Shown: positions 32,560-44,518 of the stretch, piece after piece
Numbering within the stretch: the stretch's first letter is position 1
Layout: each line of letters begins with the position of its first letter
From: Tetramitus jugosus
Taxonomy: Eukaryota; Protista; Heterolobosea
NCBI GenBank assembly: GCA_937625935.1
Contig: OW569364.1
Location: forward strand, 434,001 to 498,000
Direction of reading: 5' to 3'
DNA: 64,000 bases
Program-made: the position numbers and the translations under genes
The notes under the pieces: model-generated
Database searches by the model: none
What the model saw: only the letters and a program-made list of their open reading frames with translations
What the model was told of the DNA's origin: nothing

Positions 32560-33927
32560 ATGAACTCCTCTGCTGTTCCTTCCCTCAAAGTGCCGCTCAT
32601 AGTATGCCTTATCGTAGCATGCAGCTCCTTTCCATTCAGTCTTTTGCACTATTTCCTGCCTCAAATGTTGCAGAAGCAGTTCAATATATCTAATGAAGAT
32701 TTGGGACTCTATTCTGGCTTGGTTGACTTTGCCGACTCGTTCACAAGCTTCATTAGCTCTGCTTTCGTGGGCTATTTGTCTGATATCTATGGTAAAAAAC
32801 CATTGTTGGTTGTTTCGCTGTTGTGTAGCTTTTTGCGGTTGGTTCTGTATGCGTTTATACGTGATGTGAGGTTGTTGATTGGTGTGGAGTGCCTTTATGG
32901 CTTTGTGAATTGCACATCTGTGATGGTCACTGCTCTGATGGTTGAGTTTTCAACCAATGAAAACAGAGTCAGATTGTTTGGTTACATGACAGCGTCCTAT
33001 GCTCTGTCTCGGTCTCTGAGCTCACTAGTTGGTGGGTTGCTCGTCCATTTTGAGAGTGGATTCAAGGTTGACAATCCATATGCCATTTACTCTCTGTTGT
33101 CTGCTTGTTTGACACTGGTGTCCATTGTTTTGTCTCATGACATACCATTGTCGTCGTCACTTGAACAACCAAGGAGCAGCAACTCGAACACACAAGACGA
33201 TCTATATTATCCCAATTCCACACTGCCTGAAAACTTGCAACGGTTTTTACAGAATTGGTTCAAGGAGTTGAAGTGGGTGTCTAACAAGAAGGCATTGCTA
33301 TTGATCATGTGTCGCGGCATGATCTCGTTTGCCTCTTCAACACTGCTATGGACATTGTTTGCTTTTACTCCGTTGAGAGATTATGGCTTAGACTTGAGTT
33401 CTCTCAAAGTTGGTCTCATTTTTATGATGTATGGACTCATAAGCTTCGGTTTCCAGTTTGTGCTGTTTGATCGTGTCGTGGGTGCACTCGGACTACGTGG
33501 AACGTTTATCTTGGGTGGTTTTCTATCTGCGACTCAACTACTGTTACTACCAATATCGCCACTGCCCTATTGGAGCTCGGACTATCAGCCACTGAACCTC
33601 AATGCCTCTCTGTATGTGGTCACCTTTATTTCGATTGGTGTTGCTCTGTATGCAGTTGGAGAAGTGATGAGGCCAGCGTTGGATGCTATGATTGTCAATA
33701 CGACAGATTTGGGAAAGCAAGGAATCGTTCAGGGTGTATCTCGCATGTCTCACGTTTTTTGTGACGCGGTTGGAAGTATTATCGTTGGATGGTTGTATTC
33801 TTACTTCGTTCGAACTGGACATCCAATCTATGTGTTTGTTTTCTCAGCAACCTTTTATTTGGTTCCTGCACTTGTCGTGTACAGAATGGACAATACTTTG
33901 GAAGTACATAAGTCCACGCGCAGATAA
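32560..33927 (+). CDS. Major facilitator superfamily transporter
   Basis: GYLSDIYGKKP (MFS motif A), about 12 TM segments. Confidence 0.88.
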   Translation: MNSSAVPSLKVPLIVCLIVACSSFPFSLLHYFLPQMLQKQFNISNEDLGLYSGLVDFADSFTSFISSAFVGYLSDIYGKKPLLVVSLLCSFLRLVLYAFIRDVRLLIGVECLYGFVNCTSVMVTALMVEFSTNENRVRLFGYMTASYALSRSLSSLVGGLLVHFESGFKVDNPYAIYSLLSACLTLVSIVLSHDIPLSSSLEQPRSSNSNTQDDLYYPNSTLPENLQRFLQNWFKELKWVSNKKALLLIMCRGMISFASSTLLWTLFAFTPLRDYGLDLSSLKVGLIFMMYGLISFGFQFVLFDRVVGALGLRGTFILGGFLSATQLLLLPISPLPYWSSDYQPLNLNASLYVVTFISIGVALYAVGEVMRPALDAMIVNTTDLGKQGIVQGVSRMSHVFCDAVGSIIVGWLYSYFVRTGHPIYVFVFSATFYLVPALVVYRMDNTLEVHKSTRR

Positions 33928-34013
33928 GATAAATGAATAACTTAACTCAAGCTCAATTTTTGCTTGTCTTGTCGCTGTGCCACACAACCAAAACTAACTA
34001 AAAACCAAAATGT

Positions 34014-34095
34014 CGCCCACTGTAGGATTCGAACCTACGCGGGATGAACCCAACGCATTAGCAGTGCGCCGCCTTAACCACTCGGCCAAATGAGC
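34014..34095 (-). tRNA. tRNA-Ser(GCU)
   Basis: GCTCATT/AGTGGGC acceptor stem, TGGCCGAGTGG A-box, anticodon loop CTGCTAA, long variable arm, GGTTCGAATCC B-box, G discriminator, TTTT at 34007-34010. Confidence 0.96.
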
Positions 34096-34153
34096 TTGAT
34101 ATATTCCGATATATTACCCCGATATTACAACCAAATATATCAACCAACCCGAC

Positions 34154-34477
34154 GTGGGGAAGGAGATACGAGGGAGGATATCACTACGGCACTCCAAAGG
34201 TCGGGATGCAAGCCAAAAGACGCTGTAAAGAGGGTAGAAAATGTGATCAACAACACCAAAAGAATGTGCATCAAAGCACTCCACACGCTGTTCACTGCCT
34301 CAAAGGAACGGTGGAGAGAAACAATGATCAGCACTACAAATGTTAGTCCTCACGGACTTGAAGACGATAGGGAGTGATACGATACTCTGCACCGTGACGG
34401 TGCAGAGTAGAATTGCTTCTAAAATGTTGTAAAGAATAAAGTGGCAACGCCAGGTTGTATGGAAAAAAAAAAAAAAA
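34154..34477 (+). mobile_element. Heavily 5'-truncated LINE of the same family inserted upstream of tRNA-Ser
   Basis: Direct repeat CAACCAACCCGAC at 34141-34153 and 34480-34492. A15 tail 34463-34477. 3' end GAATAAAGTGGCAAC...GTTGTATGG as in the 22624-23785 element. Residual ORF (INNTKRMCIK) matches VNAMKRSCIK. Confidence 0.88.
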
Positions 34478-34688
34478 TACAACCAACCCGACACACAAAA
34501 TGCATTCTGGGCTGAAGCTTGTGATGTACGTAGTTAGTCAAACCTAAGGGGAACTATGATACTATGATGCACCTGTCTACAGAGTGTTGACACACCAAAA
34601 TGATTTTCCGATCCAAAAAAACACCGCTTCTTCACACAACAAAAAAAAACACAACGAATCAACAGACTCAGAGAGAGGACCAACAACA

Positions 34689-35570
34689 ATGCATCGTCAA
34701 CTGTTTCGCAAGGCAACACACCATGCTACTGCCACCACCACCAAACGTTCCACATCACTCCAATGTCATCCATCACTACCACTATTGACTAACAACCACC
34801 ACATGATGAACCACAACCACAACAACAACTCTAACCATAACACTAACAACAATACTCAACAAGTACGTTCCATGGTATTCAACAAACTTGTCATGCCAGG
34901 ACCCAAATCACTCGATCAAATCGTAAAAATGAACCTCCTAGAGAAGCAAACAGCAGAAGACATTAAAGTCATATGGTACAAGTATCATGCAGCAACCAAT
35001 GACGTGTTGGCTCACACATTAACCACTGAACAATATCGTTTATTGGAGGTACGTGGTCGTGCATGCCCCATGTTTGTTCTACCCATTTTTAGAAACATTG
35101 GTTTTCAAAACATGGTTCTCCAATTTCAGAATGATCATGTGCTGTATAGTTCATTGCGCGAATTTCAAAAAATTGGAGAGTTTGCGACACCGTATCTCAC
35201 ATTGACTCACTATCAAGAATTTTCTCAGTCAAAGAATATTGTGTTGATGAGAGGGGAGGTCAACACAAAGGAGATTGATAAGCAACAGGCAAAGGAAACA
35301 GTGGAAATCATGTATCGATTCTATTTGGACGATGTGTTGTTTAGAGATTTTGTGGAACCGTTCAACAAGGCTCCTCACTTGTTCTCGTTCCAGAATTTGA
35401 TGAATGCGGTTCAAACGGTGCGACCTCCAAAGATTACAAAATCAAAGCTCATGGACAAATTCGATGGCAAGTATGTCAATACGAAGCAATATGATCAGAA
35501 TCAGCAATCAAAAGACACTTCTGTGCATCCTTCTATTGCTGCTGTCAAGGATTGGAACAATAAGAGATAA
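34689..35570 (+). CDS. ATP11: Mitochondrial F1-ATPase assembly factor ATP11/ATPAF1
   Basis: Presequence-like N-terminus; KSLDQIVKMNLL, IWYKYH, CPMFVLPIFR, PYLTLTHY, IVLMRGEV, FNKAPHLF. Confidence 0.88.
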   Translation: MHRQLFRKATHHATATTTKRSTSLQCHPSLPLLTNNHHMMNHNHNNNSNHNTNNNTQQVRSMVFNKLVMPGPKSLDQIVKMNLLEKQTAEDIKVIWYKYHAATNDVLAHTLTTEQYRLLEVRGRACPMFVLPIFRNIGFQNMVLQFQNDHVLYSSLREFQKIGEFATPYLTLTHYQEFSQSKNIVLMRGEVNTKEIDKQQAKETVEIMYRFYLDDVLFRDFVEPFNKAPHLFSFQNLMNAVQTVRPPKITKSKLMDKFDGKYVNTKQYDQNQQSKDTSVHPSIAAVKDWNNKR

Positions 35571-35592
35571 ATGAACTTGTTTGGTTTTACTA

Positions 35593-38500
35593 TTAGTTGG
35601 TGTGTTGACCGCGGTTGTACGTGTTGGATCTCGCAAATTGCTCATACTTTCGTCTCCATTTCTCTCCCTCTTCCTTTGCATTGGACAGTTGAATCTTGAA
35701 CAAGTTCATTCGTTCTTCGAGGTTCGACTTTTCATTTCTCAAAATGTTCAATTCATTCTCATAAAACTTCTTGTTGTCTCTCAGTTGAGTAAAGCTGGAT
35801 GAATGAGATAATTGATCTTTCAATTGAGAGATGAGAGCTCGCAATTCGCTGATTTCTTGTTCCGATTCCTTCAGTTGAGCAGCCATCTGGGTCACATCTG
35901 AATTTTCTCGAAGTGTTGATTGGAGTTGCATCGCTTGATGTTGAGAGTACAACTGTTGATACTTGCTCTGAGCAATCAATATCTCGTTTTTCATTTGATT
36001 CAGTTTGGACTCAAAGGTACGGTTTTCATTTGCGGCATTAATCTCTTGCTGCTGCATCTGAGTTCTAATCTTTGTGTTTTCTTCTCTCAACATATCTATA
36101 TTGATGTTTCCTCGCTCAGTCACAGAGTCATACTTGGCAGCCAAGGTTGCATAGTCTTGTTGTAGCGTTCTCTTCTGTTCTCGATTCAAAATGAGGTCTT
36201 GTTCCGCGCGAGCCAATTGCTGCTGCAGTTGTTCAAAGTTTGTTCTGTTTTGCGACTCCTGTTGAGAGGATGTTATTTTCAAGCTATACAATGACTCATT
36301 CAAAGTAATTATTGTTTCTTTCAATTCTGATTTCTCTGAAGAACATATTTCTAATTGTTCACTAATCTTTTGGCAGTTGATTTCCAACTCCTCGTTCTTT
36401 TCCTGAGATTGGGTTAGTTTATCCAGAACTTCATTCTTTTGTTTCTCTATCTTCTTGATTTGTTGTCGCAATTCCTCTTTCTCCTGATTCACAACTAGTT
36501 TCCAGCTGTCCCTATCTTTTCGAACTGATTCATTCTCAGCTTCATAAACGTTCAACCTTTGTATTTTCGATTGCAACTCGATGTCTAAACGGTGTTTTTC
36601 CTCATTCAACATTTTCTCCTTGGATTTAAATGATTCAATGACTGATTCGAACTGCTTGTTAATTTCAACGATGCTATTCTTGTAGGACAAGTCCTGTTGA
36701 GAGAGTTTTAGTTGAACCTCATCCCGTTCTCTCTTAATCGAGTCAACCTGATCATTCAGCGTTTGAATTCTATTCTTCAAATCAATTATTTGTTGTTGAT
36801 TATTTTTTGTCTCTATTTCATGCTGTACCTGTTGTAACTCGAGAGATTCAGTCAGAGACTGAACGGTGTTGTTCAGTTTCAAAATTGTCATTTTCTGAGT
36901 TTTCACCTCATCAACTCCAACTTGCTTCAACTCCTTCAATTGTTTCTGTAATCCTTCACTCTCTCGCTGAATATCATTCTTTTGTTTCCTCAATGTTTCA
37001 ATGTGATTCTGCAATTGGTCAATCTCCTGCTTTAGAGCTTCGCATCTCTCTTGCAACAATTTTTCTCTTGATTCTGATATAGCGAGTCTTGATTGAGTTT
37101 CCTTAGAGATATCCTCTATTGAAATAGCCATTTTCTCTTGAATACTCCTATTCTGAATCTTTAGGGTAGATACTTGTTTAAACAGTTCCTCTCTTTCTTG
37201 AGTTTCTTCCTCTAATTGATTCTTCAATTCTTGAACTCTGTTTGATTGTTGCTCCATATCAGCAGTTTGTTGATTGTACTTGGATTTGATAATTGAATAT
37301 TCTTGGTTGGTTGTTTCTAACTCATTCTGAAGAACCTTAAGTTGATGACTGAGGATTTGCTCTGCGTTCGATACTTGATCCTCGATTTGTACATACTCGT
37401 CCAATAGTCCTGATACTTGAGGATTTAATTTTGAAAGATTGGAAGATAAGAAAGAGATTTGACTACCCAAAGCACGTATTCGATCATCTCTTTCCTCCAA
37501 TGCCTGTTTTACTCTCTTCATTTCATCATCATGTTTTTCTCGGAAATCTTCTAGATGCTCTTTTACTACTCTCTCTCGTGATTCGCATTTCTTCTGAGAG
37601 TTGATCAACTCTGCAATCTTAGATTCTAACTTTCCAGTAACAACTGCCCTTTCAGATTCACTTTCGACTTGAATTCTCTTCACCGCTCTCTGGGAATGAG
37701 TAAGAGACTCTTGAAGTTGCTCAATAGTGCTTTTCATAGCTCCTATTTGCTCCTTCAATGATTTAATCTCGTGTTCGTAAGTGAATCGTTCCTTGTTATG
37801 GATAGATTCTTTGTTGTTCAATTCATCTGTCAGTTCTTTGATATTGTTTTGAAGAAGAGAGATTTGCAACTCTGAGGAGAGTTTCTCGTTCTTGAAATCC
37901 TCTATTTGTTGGACAATCTCTTTCTCAACGTTCATCTGTTTCTCATTATATATCACTATCTCCATATTTAACTCATTGATCGTTTTTTCATATTCTTGGT
38001 GTTTCATTTCGACTTCATTCCATTTCTCCTCATTGGTTCTTCTATATTCCCCAAGTATTTTTCTCTGATTGTCATTATCGTCTTTCAGGTTATTGATTAG
38101 TGCTTCGTATTGTTTCTTCTCCATTTCCCTTTCCTGGAACTTTTGGGATGCCTTCTCTTTCTGCCTCTCTATCTCATTCAATAAAGAAACAATCTCTTCT
38201 TTACTATCCTTCAACTTCTTTTGTTCTACTTTATTTGTTCTCTCAAGGTCTAGCAATTTTTCTTCCAATGATTCATTGAAACTCTTCATTTCTCTGACAT
38301 TGTCGTGTAATGCCATAATTATTGATTCTTTCTGTGAAACCTTCGACTCAGTAGTGAGTCTGTATTGTTCAAAGTCGTGAGTGACGATTGAATAGTTTCT
38401 TCTCAATGAATCTAACTGCTCCTCTAACGTAACAACCTTCAAGTTGTCCTGTTCCTTCTCAATATTCAGGTCAGATAAAGTTTCCAAGGTTGTAGAAAGT

Positions 38501-40432
38501 TTCTCTCTGCTCAGGCTATACTTCTCATGAAGGGATTCGTTCTCCTCTTGGAGAGTTAATGTCAAATTCTGAAGTTCATCAAACTTCGTTTTCAAATCTA
38601 ATCTGTCCTTCTTCAGTAATTCCATTTCGATATCAGTCTTTGACTTCAATTTCTCTAGTTCAGCTTCAAGTAGTTGTTTTTCATTTGTCATAATAGCAAG
38701 CTCACGACTTCCTTTTGATACTTGTTGGGAATACTCTTCGATTTGGTTGTTCTTTTCCTCTAATTCTCTCTTAAGACTTGTCAGTTCGGTGCTCAGTCTG
38801 TGGTGTGAAGACTCCAGCGTAGAGAGGGATTTACTCATTGAATCGTAACTCTCAGTCTGTTTCTTTACTTCCAGTTGAGTATTTTGGGTTAAGATCTGAC
38901 ATCTCTCTTGTACCTGAACCTTCTCAGCGACCAATTGTTGGATCCTCTGATTTAATACTACAATCTCTTGCTCATAGTTGTCAGTAGAGGCCTTATGTTG
39001 ATTAAGTTGCTCTGCTTTGCTCTCTTTAAGCAAATGATACTGCTCTAGAATCTCTGACAATTCTTTTCGTAACTGATCTTCGATCAATTCATTCTGTTTC
39101 TTGGCTTCTTCGAGCAACCTTCGAGTATTCGCTGATTCGCTGATTTCTTTTTGGAGATCTGCGACTAGCGACTCGCTCTTCTGCTTGTACTCTTCCAATT
39201 CTGAGCACATGTTACTATTCTTCTCCTCTTGATCTTGCAGTCTAAAATTCAAGGACTTCATGTCATCGTTCAATTTTTCAACAAGTCCTGTCAAATTACT
39301 ATTCTCTTCTTTCAGTTTTCTTCCCTCAGCCAGAGATAGATTCAACTTGTATTCGAGATTATCCAGCAATTTTGCGTACTCTTCTGCTACTTCTCTGTCT
39401 GTTCGCGATTCTTGTTGAATATCTATGCTCGATAGGTGAGTCATCTGAAGATCTCTTTGCACATTTTCAATTTCCAATTTTAATTCTTGGATTTTGAAAT
39501 GAAGTTTATCCTCTCTGGCAGCCGAAGAAGTTAGTTGTATGGTTAAGTTCTCCTTATCCGATAGCAAGCTTCCTATCTCTCTTTTTTGCGCTCCAACTGT
39601 CTTCTCCACCTCTTGGATGTACTCTTTCAACTCATCGACTCTCTTTTCTCTGTGTGCGAGATCCGCCCTTATATTCCCAATATTTTCTTCCATGACTTTC
39701 ATGTCTAGAACCATTTGGTTCTTGTCTGTTCTCAATGAATCGAGACGCTCCTGCAAGTGCACTATTTCTGCCTCTTTGGTTTCGATAGAACCCTTAAGTT
39801 GGAGGATAAATATTTCATCGTTGTGGGATACTTCTGTCTTCTCTTTGATTACCATGTATTGGGTTTGAACTTCCTTTCGAAGAATTAAAATCTCGTCCTC
39901 CAGGCTTTCCATCTACCATGCAATCGGGATCTAAGTTTAACTACAAGCTTTCATCTACAAAAATTAATTCTTGACTACATACTTGTTCCTTTAAATACTC
40001 GTTTTGCTCCCTCTTTTTCTCATTGTCCTGTTTGAGTTTTTCATACTTTTCTCTCAGACCTGTAAACTCTACTGACTCTGCCTCAAACAATTGAGATCTC
40101 GACAAGGATTTGTCTAGAGAGGAGCTTCTTCTATTTGGCGATCGTTGAGGAGACATATCCACCTCTTCTCTATCTTCCATCTCCCTCGGTAATGGAGAAG
40201 AAGAAGGATTCAATTGCCTGGACAAGGGCAATGAAGCAGGAGACAATATGTGCTGTTGTAACCTTTGCGTCGTTTGAGACAAGGCACTCGCGACAGGAGA
40301 TGATACTGGAGAAGTTTGAATATTACTGGTGTTAATATTCATGTTGTGCAGGATTTTGTTCATGTCCCTCAAGGCTTTCACTTGTTCTCTCGTGTTCGAG
40401 GTCTGTATGATCGCAGTTAGCTCTATTTCCAT
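35593..40432 (-). CDS. Very large coiled-coil protein; intron 39913-39982
   Basis: 1439 aa E/K/Q/L-rich heptad ORF plus upstream exon joined by GTATGT...GTAG. Confidence 0.8.
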
Positions 40433-40704
40433 ATATGAATTCGAAAATCATTGATATGAACAAAACAAACAACTTACATTGATAGCAAAGGGGAATGACG
40501 AATTCATGTTGAAAATTTGTTGTCTCTCAGTGAGAGTGCGATTCAACTGTAGTGTGATCAAGACCTCGATGCACGTCGGAGTCTTTTCCGAAATACCGAA
40601 AAAAATTCCAAAGAAAGTTTGAACTGAGTCTTGCACCCCAGCATAAAAAAATGTACCTGCCGCTTTGCCACATAAAACACAAATAACAAAACAACAAGAA
40701 CAAC

Positions 40705-42758
40705 ATGTTTAGCCATCCGAACACTCCGAATGTGATGGCGACGCACCCAAACCCACCACTCACCAAAGATTACCTCCACATACTATCCCACCATAATCAT
40801 CACACCATTCACCTACCCACACTCAAAGCTCTTTCATCATCCAACAACTACAACAACTACAATACAACAAATATTACCATGAACAATTTTTCATCAGATC
40901 ATCATGCAAGCTTCATACGACAACAACAACAACAACGATCAAACACACATATCGCTCATGAATCACTCCCAAATTCTCTCACTGAAATGATTCGTTCTCA
41001 ACAACAACTACAGTTGAATCCAACAATGATCAAAATATTGTGCATGATTCCAACTAGACAAGATACATTCCATCATCAACAGTTTGGTCAGTATGCAATT
41101 GCAACCTGTATCAATCAACCTGATCCAAATCAATTATTTATAGTTGATTTGATCAACAACGGTCAATTGATACAAACATTCAAGTATGCCATGAAAAGTT
41201 TTGTTGTTTTTTTTTAATGTTTTTTCTTCTTACTTACATGTTTTGTTTGATATGTTGTTGTTGCTTCATATGATCATCGCATCTGACTGACAGTTTGGAG
41301 CAAGTACAGAGAGATCAAAAATTTTTCCATTGCTCAGATTTTGGAACGATAAAGTTGTCAGCGAATGAATCAACAACCAATTGGACTCCATTTTCTTATC
41401 AACACAACAACAACAACAACCATCAATACTCTGATGTGAGCTCTCAATATCAGTTTGTCATGCATGGAACCATGTTTTGTTATTATAGAAAAAGTGATGG
41501 TCAATTGTTTGGTGGAACATTGGAAGCAGTGTCCAACAACAAGAGCTGTCTTCACTATTTGTCCCCACCATCATCATCGCCAATGATCAAATTCTCCATG
41601 AACGTGCTATTTCGAATGACAATACCACGATTCTCTGAAGACAATATTGTATGCATGTTTCCTGATGCCAGTTCACAAACAGCTTTGATTGCAGTTCGGA
41701 AATTAAATGCGCCATTTGATTCGACAGTCTATTGTCTGTATTTGAGACCAATGAATGACGTGTACATTAATATTCGGTACGAGTTGATAAATGTGGCACC
41801 GACGACGAATGATGGTCGATTGTTGTTGAACAGAAATGGAGAAACTATATGTTATATGAAGAATGATCATGATACGATATGTGTGTTGAAAGTGGGTCAC
41901 TATGTCGCAACAAGTGCATCCCAGCAAATGAGCAATGGCACTCAACAAAATTGCATTGTGGAATATCAATTGAAAAAAGTGTTGGAAAAGGGTAGAATGA
42001 TGAGATATTCGTTCATGTCTTCCATCGATGCATCATCACCATCCAATAGCATTCCAACAAGTGATTTGATTGAAATGTTCATGTACCATAACAATATCTC
42101 ATCATCAAAGTCAAAGAAGAGAATGAAAATGAGTTGTGATCAGACAGGTCAATTGACAACAACTTCACGCAACAACATGCTTCAATGCAGTAGTCAGAAC
42201 ATGGTAGACATTTCTCCAACACAGCAGTACCAACATGATAATCACAACTCTAGAACGATATCTCTGGTGCAAAACAATGGAACAATCTATTGCATTCAAC
42301 TGGTGGATTCCCCAACAACAAGCATGATTCGTATTGTGAATATGAGCACATCCCAAATGTTGGAAATTCCTCAGATCGACCCGCAGCAACAAACACAGCA
42401 TCAACTCTTTCCACAGCAACAACCACAAATACTGCAATCCCAACAAGATCAACAACAAACCTTTAACAAAGAAGTTTTTATGGTTCAAAATATGAACAAT
42501 GTACAGCGACAATACTTCCTGGGCAGTGATGAGAACAAGGACATTTTTGCCAGTCCGTCCATGATGCTGAATAATGTGAATTTCTCAACGAATTCAATGA
42601 TGGGAATGGTCACACGCTCATCCCCAAAGAAGTTGAATCGATTTCGATCCAACAAGCTAATGAGCTCACACTCTTCCTCTCTCAATCAGAGACTTGGAAC
42701 AAGGAAGCGGAAAAGACGTCTCCACTCGGAGTTTTTTTCGGACGGAGATTTCGATTAG
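40705..42758 (+). CDS. Asn/Gln-rich protein of unknown function with C-terminal NLS-like RKRKRR; intron 41184-41293
   Basis: Two ORFs joined in frame by GTATGC...GACAG. Confidence 0.65.
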
Positions 42759-42960
42759 GGGGTCAAGGAATTGGAGAACAAACCAAAACACGTTGCGCGG
42801 ATCCAATTTATAATTCTGCGCCACAATAAAAAAATTTAGACTGCGTTCCACGAACAACAACGACCACAACACATTTATATCGCAGCAACAACAAACACAA
42901 ATTCAATTCAGTTCGTTCAACACCACACCACTTCTAGGAGTAAAATAACACAAAATCATC

Positions 42961-44518
42961 ATGCCAATCGCACCAGTGAGACCACTGTCACTAGCACTCT
43001 TATTTTTCGCGCTTTTGGGATGCTCTCTGCTTGTTTTTGGTATCAGTTATTTGTTGCTCTCACCAAAGACAAAAGATCCTCGTGTCGAAGAGTACAATAC
43101 ACGAGTAGACTTGTGGAAATCGAAATATCGGCAACGAATGTCAAAATATCGATTCAATGTTACAGTGTTGGACATTCAGAGAAGCAAAAATTTTCCATTT
43201 TTGCCAAAACATAAACAAATGTTTGAAATGATTCAAGATGAAACCGTATGTGCAGTTAGAACTAACTTCTCATGATGAAAAGAATGAATGCATGAAGCTA
43301 AAGCGTGACATTTTTGTTCTTGTCTTTCTTATTGTTGTTTGTTCGTTGATGTGTTATCAGCCTGATAAATTATACAAGGAATATTTTTATTCGCTGCACA
43401 AGTATGAAGCATTAAAGTACACACTAGATCAAGATAAATTGCTTGGATCAGTGCCTTTGAGCATTAACTTTACTCAAACAATTGATATCACCATTACGTA
43501 CGAGTATACTGGTGATATGACTCTTGGGAATCACGAAAAGAGTGATGGCGAGACATTATCATCACTATTGACGACGGCGAAGACAACGAAACGCAAATCA
43601 TTGCAAGTGCCAAAAAGAGAAGAACCTCTTCTTGCTCCAAGAGTTGTCGTTCAGCAGTATAGACCCGATTTGAAGCGAGTTGTGGAAGAGGAAATGGATT
43701 GGCCAATCGAGTTGATGAAGGATGACAGTGTTGGTGCTGAATCCTATGTGAGTCAAGGAAGAAGCAATAGTCAAGAACGAGGAGCTGTGATCAACTATCC
43801 TATATTTATTAAACTGAGGTATCGTGACACGGATTGTCAATATGGATTTTTAGAAGGGAATCAGTGCTATTTGGTTTATGTAAGTACACAGACATGCATC
43901 ATGTGAGATGTCATTTTTGATTTGTGTGTAGATGATTATGCAGAAGGTTGGAATGACTAATAATTGTACGTTTTTTCCATTGAGTAGAAGTTGCAGTCGT
44001 TGTGCTTCAAGGTAAATGAAGTATCCCCGGGAGAACTTGCTCTCGATGATGAATATGGTGGATATGGTTGTGCTCCAACGGACAAGTATTTCCGAACAGT
44101 GTTCACTCATAATTGGGTCGCTGCCAAATACATGTTTCTCAATGTTCGCAACACGAGCACGATTCATAACGAAACAACTGATTTTAATGAACTGACGGCT
44201 CTTGTTCGATCAGTGCGCGATCCGTTGGTATATGCAGAGTTTATTACCAATGGTACATTGAATTTCAATGGATTTTTTGGTCCTGGAAGTGGGCTCTACA
44301 TTAGCACAACCAGAGGCTTTATTTCATTTGGTTCGATTGGAATAGGAGCATTCATTGCCTTTCCGGCCTTGATTTGTTTTGGCTTTGTTTGCATGAGGCC
44401 AAAGAAGGTAGAAGAGAAGAAGCGTTTGATCAAAGCGAATGATGGAAACAGAAGAGGGGCAGTGAACTGGGAATCCTATCTCTTCCCAAAGAGCTCTTTC
44501 TCCAGCGACGATACCTAG
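42961..44518 (+). CDS. Three-exon membrane protein (N- and C-terminal TM), function unknown
   Basis: Three consecutive ORFs with GTATGT and GTAAGT donors near 43246 and 43879. Exon boundaries approximate. Confidence 0.6.
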
